Positions 9,386 through 15,717 of a DNA stretch of 27,116 bases are shown here, piece after piece; positions within the stretch are counted from its first letter, which is position 1; the number at the start of each line of letters is the position of its first letter. Where the stretch lies: NCBI GenBank assembly GCA_038046465.1, contig JBBSWB010000050.1, forward strand, positions 1-27,116, read 5' to 3'. This DNA is from Nanobdellota archaeon (GTDB lineage: Archaea; Nanobdellota; Nanobdellia; Woesearchaeales; GW2011-AR9). The position numbers and the translations under genes were made by a program. A model generated the notes under the pieces. It was not told the origin of the DNA and did no database searches. It saw nothing but the letters and a program-made list of their open reading frames with translations.

Positions 9386-9514
9386 CTTAAACACCTCATT
9401 TGACACAACTTAAACAATTACTTAATGTAGCTTAAATCTTTCTTGAATATAAATATTTCTTAAATTATTTGAGGATAATAATGATGATGATCTACTTTAA
9501 AAAATTTAAACAAA

Positions 9515-9913
9515 TCAATTTTTATTTAAATTAGTTACAGAATAAGCAGGAAAAACTGCTGCTTCACAATCAATAACAATATTAATCTTTGTTCTTTGTC
9601 CGCAGCCATAACTATAAACACATTCTTCAATAAGCTGTTTTAACATAGATTCATTTTCGACCGTGCGAGTTTGCTCTGCAACTTTAGCTTGATCTTTATA
9701 TAAATTAATTTGAAAAGTAGTATAACCGGGCCGATCATCTTCATGTTCAGGTGAATCTAAACAAGGCGCAGATACTTTTAGCTCAATAGTATCAACTGCC
9801 CCCGGTTTTAATCTATGAATAAGACTTCGCAAAGAAGAATCTTCTCCTGGAAAATGTTCTTTAATTACTCGTAACGGATCTTTTTTACCCCGTTTAATTG
9901 ATTCTTTTTTCAT
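9515..9913 (-). CDS. Hypothetical protein (132 aa), no recognisable family
   Basis: A clean ORF on the same strand as its neighbours and directly downstream of the methyltransferase gene. I recognised no motif. Confidence 0.5.
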   Translation of the reverse strand: MKKESIKRGKKDPLRVIKEHFPGEDSSLRSLIHRLKPGAVDTIELKVSAPCLDSPEHEDDRPGYTTFQINLYKDQAKVAEQTRTVENESMLKQLIEECVYSYGCGQRTKINIVIDCEAAVFPAYSVTNLNKN

Positions 9914-9970
9914 TTTTGGTTTTATTTTAGTTGAGCTCCTGTTGATTTGTTATCTTGTTTGTCTTGCTGC

Positions 9971-10002
9971 TTTTTTACAGATTTATTTTTTTTACAGATT
10001 TA
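9971..10002. repeat. Tandem 15-bp direct repeat ttttttacagattta x2 in the spacer between the methyltransferase gene and the 132-aa ORF
   Basis: The two copies (9971-9985 and 9988-10002) are identical, with a period of 17 nt. They start 7 nt downstream of the methyltransferase stop codon and lie about 60-90 nt upstream of ATG 9913 (minus strand). Confidence 0.8.
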
Positions 10003-10008
10003 ATTTTC

Positions 10009-10836
10009 TTAGGTGGATTTAATCTTTTTAAAGATCAGGCAGTAATGGTGATGCACGTTAGGAACAAAACTATACCTGTACCCATAGGGATATAATGTTT
10101 TATTGTCCTGGCACCAAATTTTTTCTCCCCTGAACTGAAAATGCTTACTCATTTCCCGGGCAAAATCCCAGGCCAGCATTTTATATTCGCCTTTATGCAT
10201 ATAATTCTGTAAAATTACCACTATATGCCCCCCTTCTTTCACTTTGGGTTTGAGGTTTAAAAAGATATTTGTTAATTTTTGCAAAAAAATATCATAAGTT
10301 AACGCATTTCCTAAATCTTCCGGATCATCACTATAATTGACATCTAAACCTTTCTCAGTTCTATCTCTGGAAATCAATCCGGTTTTGTTCAACATCGGTC
10401 CGTAAGGAGGGGAAGTAATTACTAAACCAATTTCCGGCAGGTGGTGTTTTTTCCATAAGGAATTTATTTTTTGGGAATCTCCTTGGATAATTAATCCTGA
10501 GGTAATAGGTTCAGATTTAAGATGTTCTGATTTAAGGCGTTCTTTGGTGATGTCAACATATTTTTTCTGCAGCTCGATGCCGATCCCTTTCCGACCAACT
10601 CGTTCAGCAGCAATTACCGTGCTTCCTGTACCTAGAAAAGGATCAAACACTACCTCGCCTGTTTTGGTAAAAAAGCAGATAAATTTTTCCACCAAATCTT
10701 CTGGATATTTTGCCGGATGCAGAACTTCTTTACTGCTTCGTTTAGCCGGATTATGGATAAACCAGGTTTTGGTAAAAGGCAGCCATTCCTGTGGAGAAAG
10801 CTCATTCAACCGGTTTTCTTTAGAAGAATTACCCAT
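10009..10836 (-). CDS. N4/N6 DNA methyltransferase-like protein (SPPY type) with permuted motif order
   Basis: HPAKYPEDLVEKFI...VVFDPFLGTGSTVIAAERVGRKGIGIE (HPxxKP plus the FxGxG AdoMet motif) comes first. It is followed by LVITSPPYG (catalytic motif IV), LKPKVKEGGHIVV and IWCQDN. The start is probably ATG 10836 (MGNSSKEN). The track start at 10914 adds 26 low-complexity residues. Confidence 0.75.
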   Translation of the reverse strand: MGNSSKENRLNELSPQEWLPFTKTWFIHNPAKRSSKEVLHPAKYPEDLVEKFICFFTKTGEVVFDPFLGTGSTVIAAERVGRKGIGIELQKKYVDITKERLKSEHLKSEPITSGLIIQGDSQKINSLWKKHHLPEIGLVITSPPYGPMLNKTGLISRDRTEKGLDVNYSDDPEDLGNALTYDIFLQKLTNIFLNLKPKVKEGGHIVVILQNYMHKGEYKMLAWDFAREMSKHFQFRGEKIWCQDNKTLYPYGYRYSFVPNVHHHYCLIFKKIKST

Positions 10837-11013
10837 AAAATCAAAAAATAAGATTGAATTTATAAAATATTGGATAAAAATACAAAAAATAGAAGAACAA
10901 AAAATATTGAACACGATTAAAAAACGTTAAAAATATATTAAAGAAATAAAAGAAGAAAAATAAACCCCAGATATAGGTTTAAAAAATATTAAAAAAAGAA
11001 AAAAAGAAAAAAC

Positions 11014-11358
11014 TTATCTTCTTCTCTTCTTAGCAGCTTTTCGTTTAGCTGGTTTGCGTTTAGCAGCTTTTCTTTTAGCGGATTTTTTCTTAACTGCTTT
11101 TTTCTTTGCAGCTTTTCTTGAACCTGCTTTTCTGCCACGAGCCATTTTAGCTCTAGCTACATTTCCTTGTTTATCAACAAAGTAAAGGTATCCATTTTCT
11201 TTCTTAACGCCAGCTTTGGCTACTACTTCTGTTCTAGTTTTGCCTTTCTTTCGGCCTGCTCGACTCATTACTGCTCGAGCTACATTTCCGTGTTTATCAA
11301 CAAAGTAAAGGTAACCTTTTACTTTTTTAACACCGGTTCTTGCTACAACTTGTGCCAT
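11014..11358 (-). CDS. Small basic protein with two 41-aa repeats plus a Lys/Ala/Arg-rich tail; candidate nucleic-acid-binding or chromatin protein
   Basis: A GAGGTGG SD lies upstream of the ATG. VVARTGVKKVKGYLYFVDKHGNVARAVMSR is repeated as VVAKAGVKKENGYLYFVDKQGNVARAKMAR. The tail is SRKAAKKKAVKKKSAKRKAAKRKPAKRKAAKKRRR. Function is inferred from composition only. Confidence 0.6.
   Translation of the reverse strand: MAQVVARTGVKKVKGYLYFVDKHGNVARAVMSRAGRKKGKTRTEVVAKAGVKKENGYLYFVDKQGNVARAKMARGRKAGSRKAAKKKAVKKKSAKRKAAKRKPAKRKAAKKRRR
11104..11349 (-). repeat. Intragenic 123-nt (41-codon) tandem duplication
   Basis: The 35-nt core gctacatttccNtgtttatcaacaaagtaaaggta at 11156-11190 recurs at 11279-11313 with one mismatch. 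Confidence 0.85.
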
Positions 11359-11393
11359 TATTTAACCCACCTCTTGTGTTTTTCGGCAATTCT

Positions 11394-11412
11394 GAAAACT
11401 GTTACAGTTTTC
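11394..11412. promoter_or_regulatory. Perfect 8-bp stem / 3-nt loop palindrome upstream of the basic-protein gene
   Basis: The sequence is gaaaactg-tta-cagttttc, 36 nt upstream of ATG 11358 on the minus strand. It could be an operator or a 5'-leader hairpin. Confidence 0.3.
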
Positions 11413-11491
11413 ATAAAATTAAGGAAATTTTTTTAGTATTTAAAACTTTCCCTTTTTTCCGTCGATTATCCGTCGGAAAAGTGAGAATTAG

Positions 11492-12277
11492 TCAACGGTA
11501 ACCGGTTATGTGCCCTGCTTTTTCTATTTTTTCTAGCTCTGCTTCTAAAGAAGGTATATCTCTATTAACCATGGCAATCAACCGCTGAAAAGTAGGTTTC
11601 ACGTCTGCTTTGGAGTAATTTCTGCCCATCTCTTCTGACAGATTATCAATAACCATAATCATAGACTCAACCTTTTTACGATTTTTTGAATTCTTTATGG
11701 CTTCCAAACTAATCTTTGCGTGGAATAAGGCTCGATAACTAGCGGCCCTAAATAAATAAAATTTTTTCTTGGTCAAGAAACCAAACCATCCCGGACGTAC
11801 CACCCAAATCCCCGCCAGATCCTCTTTAATATGTTGGATATTTTCTTCAAAGCTGATGCTTTTTGCTTCTTCTTCTGAGCGAGCTCGCTCATGTCCTAAG
11901 AGAGTTTTTTCTGCTTTTATTTTTCGTTCGGAGTTGATTTCAGTTACAGTAAGTACGTCCGATAAATATGAATTTACTTCAACTAGTACCGATTCTAAAC
12001 CTTCCACAGCCATTCTTATTTTCTTCCAATCTAGGCCTTCGGGATTACTTTTAGTCACTAAAGAACTATCTCGTAATTTCCAGGTTTTGCGCAAGAGAGG
12101 AGAAATCTTTTGGTGGAATTGACGGATATTTTTATCTGTTGATCTGGACATATATTTTTGAAGGTCCAACAGAACTTTCCTACCTTCCAGGTTACCAGAT
12201 TGATACATCTTAATAATAGAGGTTAACTTTTCTTCAATCTCTTCTAATTGGTAAACATTACTTTTCAAATTCACCAT
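11492..12277 (-). CDS. Hypothetical helical protein (261 aa), no recognisable family
   Basis: A clean ORF with its own TATA-like box (ctatttaaac) about 30 nt upstream of the ATG. The sequence is rich in charged and heptad-like stretches. I recognised no catalytic motif. Confidence 0.5.
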   Translation of the reverse strand: MVNLKSNVYQLEEIEEKLTSIIKMYQSGNLEGRKVLLDLQKYMSRSTDKNIRQFHQKISPLLRKTWKLRDSSLVTKSNPEGLDWKKIRMAVEGLESVLVEVNSYLSDVLTVTEINSERKIKAEKTLLGHERARSEEEAKSISFEENIQHIKEDLAGIWVVRPGWFGFLTKKKFYLFRAASYRALFHAKISLEAIKNSKNRKKVESMIMVIDNLSEEMGRNYSKADVKPTFQRLIAMVNRDIPSLEAELEKIEKAGHITGYR

Positions 12278-12349
12278 AGCTAAGAAATATTTACCTAGTT
12301 TAAATAGATTACTTTAATTGAAATCAGTTTATGTATTTCAAATATAAAC

Positions 12350-13258
12350 TTAAAGGCGCACTCCACGAGAACAACCGAGGTCGTTCTTGAAGTTGCTGCC
12401 AACAACACGGAATTGATTACCGTAGATCTCAAACCCAGCCGCCCGTTGTGGATGACTGGCGCGAGTATATTGTGTATCCTTGGTAGTTGTATTAGCCGTC
12501 CAGCTAACTAAGCTATCTCCGCGTTTTCCGCTCACAAATTCCAGCGTTTGCAGGATGGTTTTTGCATCATCCTCGGTGTCAAATAAGGCTTGCAGATAAG
12601 CTAATCCTTGCTGCTCATTAACGATTGTTTTAAGCGGCGTTCCCCGGTATACTGGCACTTCCACAATGGTTTCTTTTACCAATTCCGGCCGGGGACAGCG
12701 GTAATGTTGGATAATCCGGGCATCCAGACTCGTTCCGGAATAAAACAGCCTAGTGCTGGAGATTAACCAATTCTGCTTTCCCGTCCAGTCGCAATCGTCC
12801 CGCAGGCTGAATAATAACGATTTGGCTTTTGCGTGCTCTTGCTCAGTTCCCTGCTCATGCATTTTCTTAATGATTTTGAAAGAGTGGTATAAATCGCCCA
12901 TAGAAGCCATCACTCGGCCATCAGTAATGTTGCTCCAGTAATCAAACCATTCATTTGGCGTCTTTTTCTTTCCATCATCTGCCGCTTGTTCATCGAGAGT
13001 CAATTCCCACCCTAAAATTGATTCCGGCTGGCAAACTTCTTCCAAAACCTCGATTAAACTTTTTCCACTGCTTCTAAACACTCCAAAAAGGCCTCTTTCC
13101 TTTTTACGCTGCTGCAAAGCAACTTCCATTTCTGCTTTTTTACCATACATCTCTGCTGCTGCCAAAGCCCTTTCTTCTTCCGTTCCGCGAGGATAATAGT
13201 CTAGCAAAGTCTCTGCAAAAGCGCGATTAAATGCGGGCACTAGTTTATTCGTTTTCAT
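12350..13258 (-). CDS. Hypothetical protein (302 aa), compositional outlier, immediately downstream of dph2
   Basis: ATG 13258 lies 3 nt after the TAA (13262-13264) of the upstream dph2 fragment. Sampled 60-nt lines give about 45-53% GC by hand count, against about 37-42% in the adjacent dph2. I recognised no family. Confidence 0.6.
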   Translation of the reverse strand: MKTNKLVPAFNRAFAETLLDYYPRGTEEERALAAAEMYGKKAEMEVALQQRKKERGLFGVFRSSGKSLIEVLEEVCQPESILGWELTLDEQAADDGKKKTPNEWFDYWSNITDGRVMASMGDLYHSFKIIKKMHEQGTEQEHAKAKSLLFSLRDDCDWTGKQNWLISSTRLFYSGTSLDARIIQHYRCPRPELVKETIVEVPVYRGTPLKTIVNEQQGLAYLQALFDTEDDAKTILQTLEFVSGKRGDSLVSWTANTTTKDTQYTRASHPQRAAGFEIYGNQFRVVGSNFKNDLGCSRGVRL

Positions 13259-13261
13259 TTT

Positions 13262-14005
13262 TTACACTCTACTCAACACACTTTCCCGGCTCAGAATTTC
13301 TGCTGCGTTTACCGCATCAGTTAAATTAATAACTCCTTTTCTAAACTTTTCCTGCTCGTCAAAACCCAGGCGGGGACAGGCGGTATTGACCCAGACATCA
13401 ATGAAAGGAAAATTTTCTAACTGGTCAAAAGAAACAGCATTGTCGACAAAATAATAAAATTGTTTATCTGGAAACTTTCCAGCTAATTTTAAACTGGGCT
13501 TGGACTGCTCCTGCCCGGGTTTAATAGTAATAATAACTCCGACTGTTTTTGAACTTAAAAATTTAATCAGGGAGCCTTTATACTTTTTAAGAAGGCTTTT
13601 CACGTCGTTAATAGTTAATACAGACAGCTTCTTTGCAACCGGATCATTGCAGATTACTTCTTTAAAATTAAGGTTATTTTTTTGTCCATAAACTAAAGCT
13701 AGGGGATGAAAATACCCATCACCAATGTACAAATAACTGTCCACTTCTTGATTAAGATTTAAAGAATTCTGAAAACTATTACAGCCCAGCAATTGCCCCG
13801 GTACATGGGCCCGATCTGGGGTAGGCATAATAACTTTTATTTGATTTTCTTCTAACTGCTTTTTTACCGTATCCAAATTATTGACAAACTGGACTGAAGC
13901 AAATAAAGCCAGAGTTTGATATTTTTTCTGTTTCAGATACTTTACCGTTTCTGAACCCAATTCTACTTTTCCTGCAAAAGGAGCTTCTAAAAATAAAATA
14001 TCCAT
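13262..14005 (-). CDS. dph2: Dph2 (2-(3-amino-3-carboxypropyl)histidine synthase), C-terminal two-thirds of a split gene
   Basis: Colinear with archaeal Dph2 (P. horikoshii type): VPGQLLGCN (second cluster Cys), YIGDGYFHPLAL, GVIITIKPGQ, FPFIDVWVNTACPR (third cluster Cys). Confidence 0.8.
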   Translation of the reverse strand: MDILFLEAPFAGKVELGSETVKYLKQKKYQTLALFASVQFVNNLDTVKKQLEENQIKVIMPTPDRAHVPGQLLGCNSFQNSLNLNQEVDSYLYIGDGYFHPLALVYGQKNNLNFKEVICNDPVAKKLSVLTINDVKSLLKKYKGSLIKFLSSKTVGVIITIKPGQEQSKPSLKLAGKFPDKQFYYFVDNAVSFDQLENFPFIDVWVNTACPRLGFDEQEKFRKGVINLTDAVNAAEILSRESVLSRV

Positions 14006-14006
14006 T

Positions 14007-14279
14007 CTACCATCCCCTCTCTTGTTTATGAAAAGGGTTATGTCCCCAGGAAATCAGCAAATCTACGCCCATTCGACTTAATCCTAATGGAAGATCACAA
14101 GCACCATAATTGCTACCTAACCAGATTAGCACTTTAGCCTTGGTTTCTGCCTGGATCTGATCCACAATTTTATTAGCCTGTGGTTTCAAACCTTCCGGTA
14201 GCTGAATGCAGACCGTCTTAGCCTTAACTTTCTTGATTTTAGCAATGGCTTTCTCGACTTCTAGTTTATATAGGCCCAT
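14007..14279 (-). CDS. dph2: Dph2, N-terminal domain fragment of a split gene
   Basis: VCIQLPEGLKPQA and GSNYGACD (first cluster Cys) match the Dph2 N-terminal domain. The ORF ends at TAG 14007-14009, one base before the ATG (14005) of the next fragment, which is in another frame. Confidence 0.8.
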   Translation of the reverse strand: MGLYKLEVEKAIAKIKKVKAKTVCIQLPEGLKPQANKIVDQIQAETKAKVLIWLGSNYGACDLPLGLSRMGVDLLISWGHNPFHKQERGW

Positions 14280-14356
14280 AGTAACTTTTTTATAGTGTTA
14301 CTTTATATATATTACGGAAGAAATTGTTTATAAAAAAGTAGTCGCTCTAACAAAAA

Positions 14357-14920
14357 ATGAAATCGATCCTTAAACTTAGAGAATACCGCAGCAAGAAACT
14401 GCATAAAGTAGGTAAGCTACTATTGAAGGCACATATTTCTGCCAACCAATTGACTTCCTATTCATTAATTGCTGGCCTACTGGCAGCTTATTTCTTATTT
14501 GATAATTACTGGCTGTTCGTTCTGTTTGCTTTACTGCACCTCCTCTTTGATGGTGTAGACGGAGTGGTAGCCAGAATCAGTGGACCAACTAAATGGGGAG
14601 CATATTTTGATTTTTGTACTGACCGAATTGTAGAATTCCTAGTTTTGATTAAATTAATATTATTTCTAAACGGTTATTATGCGTATTTTGTCCTCGGGCT
14701 GTTTTGTTTAACTACTGTGGTTCATTTAATCTATAAAACCGCTGCCCCGCTGATAATTATTAGAACGATCACTTTGATTTTATTAATGATCTTTACCTAT
14801 CCTGCGCTGCCTTACTCTCTTTTATTGGTGAATCTAATTTGTTTAACTGCTGGAATTACTTATGTTTATTCTTTAGTAAAACAGGGGCAGTGGATAATAA
14901 AAAAATTAAAGAAAAATTAA
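14357..14920 (+). CDS. CDP-alcohol phosphatidyltransferase family protein (polar head-group transferase)
   Basis: The signature DG(x2)AR(x7)G(x3)D(x3)D is present as DGVVARISGPTKWGAYFDFCTD. The protein is multi-pass hydrophobic. A TATA-like box lies about 28 nt upstream. Confidence 0.8.
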   Translation: MKSILKLREYRSKKLHKVGKLLLKAHISANQLTSYSLIAGLLAAYFLFDNYWLFVLFALLHLLFDGVDGVVARISGPTKWGAYFDFCTDRIVEFLVLIKLILFLNGYYAYFVLGLFCLTTVVHLIYKTAAPLIIIRTITLILLMIFTYPALPYSLLLVNLICLTAGITYVYSLVKQGQWIIKKLKKN

Positions 14921-14943
14921 AAAGTTAAATAGCTCATTTATTT

Positions 14944-15456
14944 CTACCACTTAACATTCTGAATCTTCAGCCAATAACTGATATGATTGGCAGCTATATG
15001 TAAAAGAGGGCTGGCTATTAACAGAACCACAACAACTTCTACGCGAGGAATGTACACGAAAAAACTTAACAGCAATCCGCCAAAAACAAAGTCTAATTGA
15101 TCCCAGACCGGCCAAGGTTGCCCGGGCTTAAGGTTGTTCTTTCGCTTATAATAACTTTTAATGATGTCGCCTAAAATAACACCTGCGCCCATCAAAAAAC
15201 CCAGCAATATTGAAAATCCACCATAATCAATAAGGGCCAGGCGTTCAAAACCTCTCAGATAAAAATATTTTTGCAGCCAAAAAACTAATGCTCCGGTAAG
15301 CACCGCTACAACTAAACCCCGCCAGGTTTTGTTTTTTCCGAATAACCTCTGATAAATAGGTTGATTACCTAAAGGAATCCACTTAAACAAAACCGGAGCC
15401 ATATTGGCAAAATAAGCCGGCAGGAAAAAATACAGGCATTTAAGTATAAATAGCAT
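14944..15456 (-). CDS. carS: CDP-archaeol synthase (CarS, DUF46 family)
   Basis: 170-aa polytopic protein. LPAYFANMAPV and GKNKTWRGLV match the conserved N-terminal motifs of archaeal CarS. Confidence 0.8.
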   Translation of the reverse strand: MLFILKCLYFFLPAYFANMAPVLFKWIPLGNQPIYQRLFGKNKTWRGLVVAVLTGALVFWLQKYFYLRGFERLALIDYGGFSILLGFLMGAGVILGDIIKSYYKRKNNLKPGQPWPVWDQLDFVFGGLLLSFFVYIPRVEVVVVLLIASPLLHIAANHISYWLKIQNVKW

Positions 15457-15717
15457 AACTAATAGGAATTATCTAGATTATTTAAAGGTAATTATTTTAC
15501 AAAAAAATAAAATCAGCGATAGATCAGTGATTAGTTCTTCAACAGTAATAATTGGTTCTCATCAAATCAATTAACTGAAATAGGTATTTTCCAGTAATAA
15601 AAAACATTTAAATAAACTAAGAAACTATCATTAAAATCAGTAAAGGGGGTGGACTATTTATTTTATTAGTTAGCTAAACTAAACCAATTTGAATTAAATA
15701 TCTCCTCTTGATTAAAA

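Noticed and set aside
9481-9490. ATGATGATGA, resembling a C box of a C/D box sRNA
   Set aside because: There is no CTGA D box, no terminal pairing within the following ~70 nt, and no C'/D' elements.
10837-10914. 26-residue N-terminal extension of the methyltransferase ORF (MFNIFCSSIFCIFIQYFINSILFFDF)
   Set aside because: It is a low-complexity translation of AT-rich spacer. Conserved methylase sequence begins after the internal ATG at 10836, which is the more plausible start. The upstream start cannot be strictly excluded.
9515-10914. Type II restriction-modification pair (methylase plus the 132-aa ORF as endonuclease)
   Set aside because: The 132-aa protein shows no convincing PD-(D/E)xK, HNH or GIY-YIG motif and is small for a restriction enzyme. 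The idea is kept only as a possibility within the unknown-gene block.
12350-13258. ADP-ribosyltransferase-like motif series (VYRGT ... VSWTANT ... GFEIY), attractive because diphthamide is the classic ART toxin target
   Set aside because: The third motif lacks the (Q/E)xE pattern. The spacing between the S-x-T and the Glu (about 25 aa) is shorter than in R-S-E ARTs. Such short motifs arise by chance. It is worth a structure-prediction check but is not supportable from sequence alone.
14003-14012. Programmed +1 frameshift or stop-codon readthrough joining the two dph2 ORFs
   Set aside because: The junction TGG TAG A ATG has no slippery re-pairing option for the P-site tRNA. Simple TAG readthrough would stay in the wrong frame. 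A separate start with translational coupling, or a 1-nt error, is more parsimonious.
15457-15717. Cobalamin riboswitch or NrdR-box regulation in the 260-nt spacer upstream of the first nrdJ
   Set aside because: The spacer is almost uniformly AT-rich, with only one short G-run (aaagggggtggac). There is no B12-box-like GC-rich core, no extended pairing, and no palindromic NrdR-type boxes. Both regulators are also bacterial.
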